Source of the DNA: Terriglobia bacterium
GTDB taxonomy: Bacteria; Acidobacteriota; Terriglobia; 20CM-2-55-15
NCBI GenBank assembly: GCA_965198225.1
Contig: CBDAOY010000008.1
Span: 320,001 to 384,000 of the forward strand
Direction: 5' to 3'
DNA: 64,000 bases
The notes beneath the pieces are model-generated. The model saw only the letters and a list, made by a program, of their open reading frames with translations. It ran no database searches and was not told the DNA's origin. The position numbers and the translations under genes are program-made. Positions 22,637 through 32,609 of the stretch are shown in pieces; the first letter of the stretch is position 1; every line of letters begins with the position of its first letter.

Positions 22637-22818
22637 CTAGCCCGGATTATTCATGAATTGTCTGCTGCAGCGGCGGATACACTCGCAGATACGGCGTTGC
22701 GCTCGGTCGGCCTCCTCGACGTATTGTCATATACGCCTGCGGGGGCCTCGGTCGCGCGCCTTGTCTCTGCGGCGTCTCCACCGCTTCGCGACGACAACCA
22801 CGAATAATCCGGGCTTAG
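22637..22818. mobile_element. ~180-bp MITE-like palindromic element between mreC and mreD
   Basis: Terminal inverted repeats AGCCCGGATTATTC / GAATAATCCGGGCT with internal self-complementarity. Confidence 0.8.
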
Positions 22819-22837
22819 GAGGAGGCAGCATCCGACT

Positions 22838-23353
22838 ATGGACGACCCTATGAAACGTCAGGGCGCCTTCGGCACCCTCGCAAAATTTGCGCTTATCCTG
22901 GTTGCCGTTGTCGTGGCACAGGGCATTCTTTCGCTCAAATTTGAAGTTTTCGCCTACTTTGATTTGCCCCTAATCTACACGATATATTATGGTTTCACCC
23001 TGGCAAGCCCAACCGGATCCATCGCCGTAGGTAGCGCCCTGGGTCTGATGCAGGACAGTTTGTCCGGCGCAATTCTGGGTCTGAACGGATTCAGCAAGAC
23101 GCTGATCGGCTTTCTGGCCGCTTCTGCGGGGTCGAGATTCGACGTCGATCAACCCATTGCCCGAGCGTTGGCTTTGGTGCTGTTCACCTTTGCCGATGGG
23201 ATCCTGAGGATTCTGCTGGGTGCCCTGGTGGACCCGGGCGCTGAGAGTTTTGTTCCTGGCCCCGGCGCATGGGTTCTGTCGGCCGCGTTCAATACTTTGT
23301 TCGGCATGATCTTGTTCGGATACAGGAGCCGATTCGCTGATGCGACAACGTGA
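22838..23353 (+). CDS. mreD: Rod shape-determining protein MreD
   Basis: Hydrophobic; DLPLI, GLMQDSLSG..LGLNGFSKTLIGF; synteny. Confidence 0.92.
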   Translation: MDDPMKRQGAFGTLAKFALILVAVVVAQGILSLKFEVFAYFDLPLIYTIYYGFTLASPTGSIAVGSALGLMQDSLSGAILGLNGFSKTLIGFLAASAGSRFDVDQPIARALALVLFTFADGILRILLGALVDPGAESFVPGPGAWVLSAAFNTLFGMILFGYRSRFADATT

Positions 23354-25181
23354 GGAACTCGAACTTCTCAAGCGACGGATAGCCGCGATATTTGCGTTGA
23401 TCCTTCTGGCTTTCGGAGTCCTCGTTTTTGGTTTCTGGAATCATCAGATTGCGCAGTCGCCCCGTTACCGTCAGCTCGCGGAGCGGAACAGGATTCGCGA
23501 CATCCCTCTGGCGGCGCCTCGCGGAAGCATCCTCGACCGCGAGTTCCGTGTCATAGCAGACAGTCGTTCTTCCTACAATCTCATGCTCACGCGGGAAAAC
23601 AGTCCTCGTCACCCGGAAGAGACCATCGCGATCCTGGCTTCCGGGATCGAAGCCTCGGAGCGGGAGCTGCTGCGGTGGTTCGAGCCGCATCGGGACGAAC
23701 CCGAGTATAAGGCGATCCCTCTGAAGGAAGACCTGTCGCTTGCCGACATCGCCTACGTCAAGGCTCACAGGTACGAACTTCCAGAGATCAGCCTCGAATT
23801 CGAACCGCGTAGACGCTACGAGCGCGGCGAACTGGCAGCCCTTCTGCTGGGCTATCTCGGTGAGATCAGTCAGGACGAGTTGGGCACGGATGAGTTCCCC
23901 GGGCGCCGGGCCGGTGACCTTGTAGGGAAGTCGGGTCTCGAGCGGCAATACGACGCGCTCTTGCAGGGCAAAGACGGCCTGCGCCGAGTCATCGTCAACA
24001 ACTACGGCAGGGAAATGGGCACGCTCGCGGAGGTCAAGCCTGTTCCCGGTCAGGACCTGGTGACGACGCTGGACCTGGACCTTCAGTTGGCAGCCGAGCA
24101 GGCAATGGCGGAACGAACCGGCGTCGCGGTCGCGATCGATCCGCTTACCGGAGAAGTACTGGCGCTGGTCAGCCGGCCGGCGTTCGACCCGACGGTGTTC
24201 GCCAGAGGAATCCGGCTGGACGAATGGGAGGCACTGGTTTCCGATCCGCGCAAGCCGCTCCGGAATCGGGCAATTCAGAATCGCTATTCACCAGGCTCGG
24301 TGTTCAAGATCTTCATGACGGCCGCCGGACTCGAGGAGCTAGCGATCGTTCCGGACGATGTCCTCTTCTGTCCAGGTGCCGCGGTTTTCTACGGTAACAG
24401 GTTCGACTGCTGGAAGGGCGGTGGGCACGGGCGCATCGCGCTGCACGACGCGCTGGTCCATTCCTGCAATGTGTTCTTCTACAACGTCGGGTACAGGCTG
24501 GGAATCGACGCGATCTCGTCGCACGCCATCACGATGGGCTTGGGGCGCAAGACCGGCATCGATCTGCCGAGCGAAGACGCCGGCATCATGCCGTCTGAGG
24601 AATGGCGGCAGCGCGTCTCGAATACCCAGTGGTACCCCGGCGAGACGATATCGGTCAGCATCGGTCAGGGGCCGGTGAATGTGACACCTCTACAGTTGAC
24701 CTGGGCTGTCGGCGGCCTCGTTACTGGCGGCCAGCTCCACCAGCCGCATCTGGTCGATCCGGGGTTCCTTCGCGGGCTCGGTGTCGAGGTCCCGGACCTG
24801 AGATACGAGCGATACCCGGTGCAGGAATCGACCGTACAGATCGTGCGTCAAGCCCTCTGGGGGGGCGTCAACGAACTCGGCACGGGAACAAGAGCGCGCG
24901 TGCGGGGCTTCGACGTCGCCGGCAAGACCGGAACCGCACAGGTTGTCCGTAAAGAAATCTATGACCGCGTCGGCGAAGAGTTTGAAGACCATGCCTGGTT
25001 CGTCGGCTTCGCACCGTTCGACGACCCGCAGATCGCAGTTGGCGTCTTCGTCGAAAACGGCGGTCACGGTGGGGCGGCTGCTGCCCCGGTGGCGCAGGCC
25101 GTCATGCAGGTCTATTTCGACAAGAAGGAAGACGGCGTTACCGACAACCGGGGCGGTGAGCTTGACCGGTTGGGCCAGTAG
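23340..25181 (+). CDS. mrdA: Penicillin-binding protein 2
   Basis: APRGSILDR, PGSVFK (SxxK), SCN (SxN), KTGTAQ. Confidence 0.97.
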   Translation: MRQREELELLKRRIAAIFALILLAFGVLVFGFWNHQIAQSPRYRQLAERNRIRDIPLAAPRGSILDREFRVIADSRSSYNLMLTRENSPRHPEETIAILASGIEASERELLRWFEPHRDEPEYKAIPLKEDLSLADIAYVKAHRYELPEISLEFEPRRRYERGELAALLLGYLGEISQDELGTDEFPGRRAGDLVGKSGLERQYDALLQGKDGLRRVIVNNYGREMGTLAEVKPVPGQDLVTTLDLDLQLAAEQAMAERTGVAVAIDPLTGEVLALVSRPAFDPTVFARGIRLDEWEALVSDPRKPLRNRAIQNRYSPGSVFKIFMTAAGLEELAIVPDDVLFCPGAAVFYGNRFDCWKGGGHGRIALHDALVHSCNVFFYNVGYRLGIDAISSHAITMGLGRKTGIDLPSEDAGIMPSEEWRQRVSNTQWYPGETISVSIGQGPVNVTPLQLTWAVGGLVTGGQLHQPHLVDPGFLRGLGVEVPDLRYERYPVQESTVQIVRQALWGGVNELGTGTRARVRGFDVAGKTGTAQVVRKEIYDRVGEEFEDHAWFVGFAPFDDPQIAVGVFVENGGHGGAAAAPVAQAVMQVYFDKKEDGVTDNRGGELDRLGQ

Positions 25182-25226
25182 TTCAGGACGAGACGCGAAC
25201 AACACGAAGGATGGGGAAGATGCAAC

Positions 25227-25280
25227 CACGGAGGCACGGAGGCGCAGAGCGGCAAATGGTCTCTTCACCGTGCCTCCGTG
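25227..25280. repeat. Nonamer-armed palindrome between mrdA and rodA
   Basis: cacggaggc acggaggcg cagag ... ccgtgcctccgtg. Confidence 0.7.
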
Positions 25281-25300
25281 TTTAAAAGCTCTTCGTTACT

Positions 25301-26398
25301 ATGATCGAATTACTCCGCAGCCCGCGATTCTGGAGGGATTTTGACTGGGCCCTGTTCGTGGTCGCGCTGATGTTGTGTGCGATTGGTCTTGTCGAGATCT
25401 ACAGTTCGACGCTCAACATGGAATCGGACTTCTTTCTCCGCCAACTCGTCTGGGTAGGCGTGGGCATTCTCCTGCTGTTCGTCGTTGCCGCGATCGATTA
25501 CCACGCCTTCGCGGAGAATGCTCCGTTGCTTTACATGGGCGCAGTCCTGCTTCTGGCCTACGTCCTGTTCTTCGGCCACACGGTCTCCGGATCCAGATCC
25601 TGGTTCGGTGTGGGTTCGCTGGGCCTGCAGCCTTCCGAGATCACCAAGATGGTAGTCGTCATTGCCCTGGCACGCTATCTGGCAGGGCTCAAGCAGCGAT
25701 ACATGAGCTTCTCCCAGATCGTCACAGCCGTCGCAATCTGTGCCCTACCGGTATTGCTGGTCGCCCTGCAGCCCGACCTGGGAACAGCGATCACCTTTGT
25801 TCCAATCGTGGCGTTCGGGCTTTTCGTACGAGGGGTAAGACCGGCGGTTCTGGTGTCCGGGCTTCTCATCTTGATCCTCCTGCTCCCGTTGACGTGGCTC
25901 GTACTGAAGGACTATCAGAAGGATCGAATCATCACATTTCTTCAGCCCGAAACGGACCCGCTGGGTAGCGGGTATCAGGTCATCCAGTCGAAGATTGCGA
26001 TCGGGGCCGGCGGACTCTGGGGTAACGGACTGTTCCAGGGAAGCCAGAACCAGCTTGGATTCCTCCCAACCCGGCATACCGATTTCATTTTTTCCGTCGT
26101 GGCGGAAGAACTGGGCTTCGTCGGCGTTTCGCTCACGCTCGGCTTGCTTCTCGCTTTGCTCCTGCGCGCTCTGGCCGGTGCCCTCATGCCGCGAGACACG
26201 CTGGGACTGTTCATCGTGGTCGGAGTCGTCGGCATGTTTGTGTTCCACATCCTGGTAAATGTAGGGATGGTGATCGGTTTCATGCCGATCACTGGAATAC
26301 CGCTTCCGTTTGTCAGCTACGGCGGATCCTCGGTGCTGACGGCTTTCATCGGACTGGGGCTGGTGATCAGCGTAAGACGTTGTCGTTACGTGAATTGA
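25301..26398 (+). CDS. rodA: Rod shape-determining SEDS protein RodA
   Basis: QPSE, QPDLGT, YQKDRI, GYQVIQSKIAIG, HTDFIF, LPFVSYGGSS. Confidence 0.97.
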   Translation: MIELLRSPRFWRDFDWALFVVALMLCAIGLVEIYSSTLNMESDFFLRQLVWVGVGILLLFVVAAIDYHAFAENAPLLYMGAVLLLAYVLFFGHTVSGSRSWFGVGSLGLQPSEITKMVVVIALARYLAGLKQRYMSFSQIVTAVAICALPVLLVALQPDLGTAITFVPIVAFGLFVRGVRPAVLVSGLLILILLLPLTWLVLKDYQKDRIITFLQPETDPLGSGYQVIQSKIAIGAGGLWGNGLFQGSQNQLGFLPTRHTDFIFSVVAEELGFVGVSLTLGLLLALLLRALAGALMPRDTLGLFIVVGVVGMFVFHILVNVGMVIGFMPITGIPLPFVSYGGSSVLTAFIGLGLVISVRRCRYVN

Positions 26399-27355
26399 AT
26401 TCGTGATATAGTTTTTCTGTCGCCCGCGAGGAGGGCAGGAGAGCAGAGCCCGTTTCGACCGCAAGGCCCACATTATTAATGGCTTACGTGGGTCGGACGA
26501 AAATTTTTCGCCTCGGGGTCGTTTAGTGCACTTGTAAGAGTTTTCTTGATCGCCCAGTGTGCGATCGGCCGGCTGGGTTCGCAGGGTCGGTTGCTTGTCT
26601 TGTTGACGGGGCTTCCGGTTGGGAGCCATCCCCGGACGGGCAACCCATGATCCTCGAGTCGACCACAGCGCCGGCGCGAGACTTAAGGTCTCATCCCAGG
26701 CTCCGCGGCTGCCGGAATTGCCCCAGCCGGAGCCCGTCGAAGAAAGCTTCGACGCCGTTCGGAGGGAACCCTTCGAACATACCGTGGTCTCGATCGCTGT
26801 TACCTACTTCTTGCGCAAGTGAAAGGCGCAGGATTCGAGGGGACGGAAGCCGAGTCGAAACCTGACGGTTCTAAGAATTTCAGCGCGAAGCCTTGCCATG
26901 TGAAGGCGGGCCTCGATCGCTCAGGATTAAAGATTTGCCCGTAACGCTGCGGCGTAAGAGTCGAGCTTCAACTCGCGGTTGAACCTGCGACGCCCGATAT
27001 CGGCGGTCTAAGAGATCGGTGCTGGACGGAATCCCGTGGGGTTCCTCGAGCCGATCGAGTCTGGACTGCGACATTAGAGGTCCTGCTGGTGACGTTTCAG
27101 AGGAAACGAACCGGTGGGGCTTTATTTGAGCAGTTCGTCAGACAAGCCGCTCGGGTCGTTCGCGACAATCCGAGACCGGCTCCTCCGGGCCAGGAGTTTC
27201 CATGACAGCATGTGGAGTTTGCGCTCGCGCAATCGCGTCGAGGAGTACACCTGTGCGCCGCCCCAGTCGGGCCTACCCTCTGTTCTAGACAGGATCAGAA
27301 GCGGCGACGCCGCCTGAAGGTCCGGTCTGGGTGGAACAGCGGCACAGGAGTCTCG

Positions 27356-29761
27356 ATGCGGAAAGAATTAATCATCTCTACGATCCCGCAGGAAACACGG
27401 GTCGCGGTTCTCGAGAACGATGAACTGGTGGAGTTCCTGATCGAACGCCACCGGACTCAGAACATCGCAGGCAACATCTACAAGGGACGCGTTACGAAGG
27501 TCCTTCCCGGAATGCAGTCTGCGTTCGTGAACATCGGCCTCGACCGGGACGCGTTCCTATACGTTTCCGATTTCTTCGAAGATACAGACGAATACGAGAG
27601 AGTTGTCGCTTCGGCAGAGGAGGACGCCATTGCTGAAAGCGAGAAGCCTCGATCGGTCGGTCGGGGTAAGACCCCGCGACCGGAGAAGCCTGTCGAGAAG
27701 ACCGAACGACCCGAGAGCGAGCCCTCAGAGTCCGTCAAGAGCTCGGATCGTCCCAGCCCCCGGCGTCGTGGCGAGAAGCGTGAGCGTAAGCCACGCATCC
27801 CGTCACTCGAGTCGCGCGAAGCTGAATCCGACTCCAGAGAGACCCGACCTCCCAGGGAGACGCGGGAAGCGCGAAGTCCCAGGGGGCCCCGAGACGAGGA
27901 GCGTCGTCAGGGCAGCATTCAACTGTTGCCTGGAGAGTCCCTCGCCAAGTACGCCGACGAGGTTGTTTCCGACCCCAACGAGGTTGCGGAATCCGAACTG
28001 GAACAGGTCATCGGCGAGACCGAGGAGCAGCACCTGCTCGAGCAGTTTCCGCGGGAAGCTCGGATGCCCGTCGCCGATCAGGACGCCGGCCTGTACACCA
28101 CTGAAAACGGGCAGCCGGACACCACTGAAAAGGAGCCGGTTGAAGAGGAGACAGCCTCCAACGATCGGCCTGGATCCAAAACGGATCCGGTCGTCACTGA
28201 AGAGACATCCCCATCCGACGGTGCCTCGGGCGAGGCTTCGAGCGTCCCGGAAGTCCAGGAAGAGGTGAACGAGGAAAAACCGATCGCGACCCCGGAGCCT
28301 GCTGACGCGAGCACGGCTGAAGCGTCCGCCGCTGGTGTCGACGACACGAGCGAAACCAAGATCGACGAGGGTCCCGCTCTCGCGGAATCGGACTCCCCGG
28401 CGGAAGAAAGCGATTCGGGTGAGGAGGGCGAGTCCCGGACCGCACGGATCGCGGATCGTCGAGACAAGCGAACGTTCTCGCGGCGCCCGCCGGCCAGGAG
28501 GCCGAGGCGCCGTTCCCCAGCGAAGTCCGAATCGAGCCGTGCGGGATCGGGCTCGAGAGGTCCGACAATTTCCGACCTTCTGCAGGAGGGTCAGGAGATC
28601 CTGGTCCAGGTGTCGAAGGAACCCCTGGGCAAGAAAGGGGCGCGGATCACATCGCACATCGCCCTGCCGGGCCGGTACATCGTTTACATGCCCACCGTAG
28701 ATCACATCGGAGTGTCTCGGAAGATCAGTTCTGAGGACGAACGCGCTCGTCTGAGGCGAATTATCAACGAGAATCGAGAGGACCTTCCGGGCGGTTTCAT
28801 CGTTAGGACGGCCGGCGAGGGCAAGGATGAGAAGGAGCTGATCCAGGATCTTCGCTTCCTCGGAAGTCTGTGGGGCGAGATTCGTAGCGGCAACGAGCGA
28901 AACTCGGCGCCGGCCCTGATTCACAGCGATTTGAATCTGGTGCAGCGGGTTTTGCGAGATCAGCTTTCCGAAGAGTTCAAGGCTATCCGCCTGGATAGCG
29001 AGACCGAGTACGAGAAGGTGTTGGAATTCGTCAACCGGTTCCAACCCGACCTGGTCAATCGGGTCCGATTGCACCTGAAAGATAACTCGATCTTCGAAGA
29101 ATACGGGCTCCAGCAGGAAATCGACAAGGCGTTGCGCTCGAAGGTCTGGCTCAAGTCCGGCGGCTACATCGTTGTCAACCAGACCGAGGCCCTCGTGGCG
29201 ATCGACGTCAACACGGGAAAATTCGTCGGCAAGTCGAACCGACTGGAGGACACGATCGTTCGGACCAACATGGATGCGGTTCACGAGATCGTCCGGCAGA
29301 TACGCCTTCGAAACCTCGGCGGCATCATCGTCGTGGATTTCATCGACATGGAGGAAAGGAAGAATCGGCAGCGTGTGATGCTGGCGCTCGAGGAGGAACT
29401 CCGTAAGGACCGGTCGCCTTCGAAGATTCTTCAGTTTAACGACTTCGGTCTGGTCGCGATCACTCGCAAGCGCACCCAGCCGTCGCTGGAACGTGTTCTC
29501 GGCTCACCGTGCCCTCGTTGCGCGGGATCGGGCTTCGTCAAAGCGGTCGAGACCGTTTGCTACGAAATCCTGCAAGAGGTCAAGAAGATGCTCTCGGAGA
29601 TCGACGGGCCCGAGCTCACGGTTCGCGTCAGTCCGGATGTCGCAAAGGCTCTGAAGAGCGGGGACTACATCGATCTGACAGAGATGGAGGACGAGACGAA
29701 GACCGACATCCGGATCCAGAGTGACCCTCTACTGCACGCCGAGCACTTTGACATTTTCTGA
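27356..29761 (+). CDS. rne: Ribonuclease E/G with long disordered insertion in the S1 domain
   Basis: AGGAG RBS; GNIYKGRVTKVLPGMQSAFV; VQVSKEPLGKKGAR; AIDVNTG; GGIIVVDFIDM; CPRC. Confidence 0.93.
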   Translation: MRKELIISTIPQETRVAVLENDELVEFLIERHRTQNIAGNIYKGRVTKVLPGMQSAFVNIGLDRDAFLYVSDFFEDTDEYERVVASAEEDAIAESEKPRSVGRGKTPRPEKPVEKTERPESEPSESVKSSDRPSPRRRGEKRERKPRIPSLESREAESDSRETRPPRETREARSPRGPRDEERRQGSIQLLPGESLAKYADEVVSDPNEVAESELEQVIGETEEQHLLEQFPREARMPVADQDAGLYTTENGQPDTTEKEPVEEETASNDRPGSKTDPVVTEETSPSDGASGEASSVPEVQEEVNEEKPIATPEPADASTAEASAAGVDDTSETKIDEGPALAESDSPAEESDSGEEGESRTARIADRRDKRTFSRRPPARRPRRRSPAKSESSRAGSGSRGPTISDLLQEGQEILVQVSKEPLGKKGARITSHIALPGRYIVYMPTVDHIGVSRKISSEDERARLRRIINENREDLPGGFIVRTAGEGKDEKELIQDLRFLGSLWGEIRSGNERNSAPALIHSDLNLVQRVLRDQLSEEFKAIRLDSETEYEKVLEFVNRFQPDLVNRVRLHLKDNSIFEEYGLQQEIDKALRSKVWLKSGGYIVVNQTEALVAIDVNTGKFVGKSNRLEDTIVRTNMDAVHEIVRQIRLRNLGGIIVVDFIDMEERKNRQRVMLALEEELRKDRSPSKILQFNDFGLVAITRKRTQPSLERVLGSPCPRCAGSGFVKAVETVCYEILQEVKKMLSEIDGPELTVRVSPDVAKALKSGDYIDLTEMEDETKTDIRIQSDPLLHAEHFDIF

Positions 29762-29778
29762 TCCAAGGTAGGCACGCT

Positions 29779-31226
29779 GTGGCAGAGCAGAAGCTTTTCG
29801 ACGTCGCGATAATGGGAGCCGGACCCGGGGGCTATGTCGCGGCGATCCGCGCGGCACAGTTGGGCTTGTCTGTAGCGATCATCGAGAAGGACACCCGGCT
29901 CGGGGGGACCTGTCTGCTCCGCGGCTGCATCCCGACCAAGGTGCTGCTCCACGACGCCGGGCTTCTTCAGAAGATACGGCGCGCAGCGAGGTACGGTTTC
30001 AACACAAGCGACGCTGACGTCGACTTTTCGAAGATACAGAAGCGTAAGAATGACATCGTCGCCAAGCTGACCAAGGGCGTCGAATACCTGATGAAGAAAA
30101 ACAAGGTTTCGAGCTTCAAGGGCACGGCGTCAGTCGACGGTCCGGGACGGATATCCGTCAAGGGCGGTGGCGCGGGGGTCGAGGTTCGGGCGAAGAACAT
30201 CATCGTAGCGACCGGTTCGGAACCCAAATCCCTGCCCGGCTACGACATCGACGGTCAATTCGTAATCACCAACAACGAGGCATTGGACCTGGACGCGATC
30301 CCGAAGTCGATGGTTATCGTCGGCGCCGGAGCGGTCGGTGTAGAGTTCGCCTCTATTTACGCGAGTTTTGGAGCGAAGGTCACTCTGCTCGAGGCCCTGC
30401 CCCACATCGTTCCGCTCGAAGACGAAGATGTCTCCAAGGAACTCGCACGCTGGATGAAGAAGCAGGGTGTCGATGTGTTTCCGGGCGCAAGGCTCGAAAG
30501 CGCGAAGACCGTGAAGGGTGGGGTCGAAGTTACTTTCCGCACGGCGAAGGACGAAGACAAGCGGGTCAAGGTCCAAAAGCTGCTCATGGCGACTGGAAGG
30601 GCCCCGAACACTTCAGGAATCGGGCTCGACAAGGTCGGAGTGCAGGTCGACGCACGTGGCTTTGTCCAGGTCAATGAGTTCATGCAAACCGGTGCCCGGA
30701 ACGTTTACGCCATCGGCGACATCGTGCCGACACCCTGGCTCGCCCACGTCGCGTCCGCCGAAGGGATCGTCGCGGTCGAGCATATCGCGGGGAAAAATCC
30801 CGTACCCCTCCGTTACAACCAGATTCCGAGTTGCACCTACTGCGAACCCCAGGTCGCCAGCGTCGGCCTGACCGAGAAAGCCGCTGGTGAGGCGGGCCAC
30901 GCTGTGAAGGTTGGCAAGTCGGCGTACCGATCCGACAGATTTAGGACCTCCCGGTCCTAAAGTTTCCATTTGCAGCGTTGGGCAACATGATCGAGGACGC
31001 GACTGAGGGGTTCGTGAAGGTGGTCGCGGACGAGAAATACGGCGAAGTCCTGGGCGTCCACATGGTCGGTAACGGTGTTACCGAGTTGATCTCAGAAGGC
31101 GTCGCTGCCATGGGGCTGGAAGCTACTGCCGAGGACCTCATCCATACAGTGCATCCTCATCCGACTCTTTCCGAAGCAGTTCATGAGGCCGTGGAGGGAA
31201 TCTACGGCGTACCGATCCACCTTTAG
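29779..31226 (+). pseudogene. lpdA: Dihydrolipoyl dehydrogenase split by a 44-nt insertion (30920-30963)
   Basis: GAGPGGY, GGTCLLRGCIP, GAGAVG in 29779-30960; C-terminal HPHPTLSE in another frame (30978-31226); removing the insert gives continuous KVGKFPFAALG. Confidence 0.9.
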
Positions 31227-31228
31227 GA

Positions 31229-31320
31229 CGTTGCCCGTTATCCGTAGGCCGTAGGCCGTTGTCGCGCGCCCGAGCCGACGGGGTGGTTCTTCTGACTACT
31301 GACCACCGACAACTGACTAC
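31229..31320. repeat. Heptamer arrays (families A and B) between lpdA and lipA
   Basis: cgttgcc cgttatc cgtaggc cgtaggc cgttgtc; ctgacta ctgacca ccgacaa ctgacta. Confidence 0.8.
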
Positions 31321-31335
31321 TTGTATACTATCCAC

Positions 31336-32205
31336 ATGAACCGTCGGCCCGAATGGCTCAAGGTGCGGCTCCCCGGCGGCGAGGACTATGCCGACGTGCG
31401 TCGCATCCTGAGGACGCACAAGCTGAACACCGTGTGCGAAGACGCGATGTGTCCGAACGTCGCCGAGTGCTGGGGTAAACATCGCACGGCCACGTTCATG
31501 ATCCTCGGAGACACGTGCACGCGCGCCTGTGCCTACTGTGCGGTCAGCTCGGGCCAGCCCACCGAACTCGACCTGCTGGAGCCTGCGCGGGTCGCGGCGG
31601 CGATCGGGGACCTCAAGCTGAAGCATGCCGTGATCACCTCTGTCGACCGCGACGATCTTTCGGACGGCGGCGCGATGATATTTTCCGAGACCGTCCGTGA
31701 GATCCGGAGGCTTGACCCGAGGGTCAAAGTCGAGCTGCTGACGCCGGACTTTCAGGGATCGGTGGACTCCCTCCGTACAGTCCTCGATTCACGGCCAGAC
31801 ATCTTCTCTCACAACATCGAAACCGTACGACGCCTGTATCCGACGGTCCGGTTCCGGTCCGACTACGACGTGTCGTTCGGTTTATTGCGAGCCGCCCGTC
31901 GGACGAGTGCGGGACTGTTTACGAAGACCGGAATCATGGTCGGTCTCGGAGAGGAGTGGGACGAAGTGTTGGAGTTGATGAGGGACGCCGCCGCGGCGGG
32001 CGTCGACATCTTCACGATCGGCCAGTACCTTCGTCCGACGCCCAAGCATGCGGAAATCGATCGATACTACACGCCGGGCGAGTTCGACGAACTGGGCAGG
32101 ATCGGGCGCGGTCTCGGCATCCGCTGGGTGTTTTCGGGCCCGCTGGTGAGGAGCTCCTACCATGCCGAAGACGTCTTCGATCAGATGATGGCCACCGCCG
32201 GTTGA
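31336..32205 (+). CDS. lipA: Lipoyl synthase
   Basis: CEDAMCPNVAEC auxiliary-cluster motif, CTRACAYC radical SAM motif, VRSSYHA. Confidence 0.97.
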   Translation: MNRRPEWLKVRLPGGEDYADVRRILRTHKLNTVCEDAMCPNVAECWGKHRTATFMILGDTCTRACAYCAVSSGQPTELDLLEPARVAAAIGDLKLKHAVITSVDRDDLSDGGAMIFSETVREIRRLDPRVKVELLTPDFQGSVDSLRTVLDSRPDIFSHNIETVRRLYPTVRFRSDYDVSFGLLRAARRTSAGLFTKTGIMVGLGEEWDEVLELMRDAAAAGVDIFTIGQYLRPTPKHAEIDRYYTPGEFDELGRIGRGLGIRWVFSGPLVRSSYHAEDVFDQMMATAG

Positions 32206-32213
32206 CCACGAAC

Positions 32214-32507
32214 ATGGGGCTACTTTCCAGGATCCTGGGTGTCGACACCGACGAGCCGGACCGGCCCGAGAAGCCCGATGCGAGCGAGTTGAGGAGCCGC
32301 ATCGAAGCTGTTCTTGACGATGTCCGACCCGCCTTGCATTCCGACGGTGGGGATGTCGAACTCCTCGAAGTCGTCGGCAACTCGGCCAAAGTCCGCCTGA
32401 CGGGGGCTTGTAACGGCTGTCCCAGCGCCGCCTTCACCCTTCGTTACGGTATCGAGAAGCGTCTGAAGGACGAGATTCCGGAGTTTGAAGATTTAATTCC
32501 GGTGTAG
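32214..32507 (+). CDS. NifU-C/NfuA-type Fe-S carrier
   Basis: VRPALHSDGGDVEL, GACNGCPSA. Confidence 0.92.
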   Translation: MGLLSRILGVDTDEPDRPEKPDASELRSRIEAVLDDVRPALHSDGGDVELLEVVGNSAKVRLTGACNGCPSAAFTLRYGIEKRLKDEIPEFEDLIPV

Positions 32508-32510
32508 GGA

Positions 32511-32604
32511 CGTAGGCCGTTATTCGTAGGCCGTTGTCCGTTGCGAAGAAGTGACAAGTGGCAAGTGACAAGCAAGAAATACACACCAACGGATAACGGC
32601 CTAC
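32511..32604. repeat. Heptamer-armed palindrome (family A with nested family B)
   Basis: cgtaggc cgttatt cgtaggc cgttgtc ... gtgacaa gtggcaa gtgacaa ... aacggat aacggcc tacg. Confidence 0.8.
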
Positions 32605-32609
32605 GTGCC

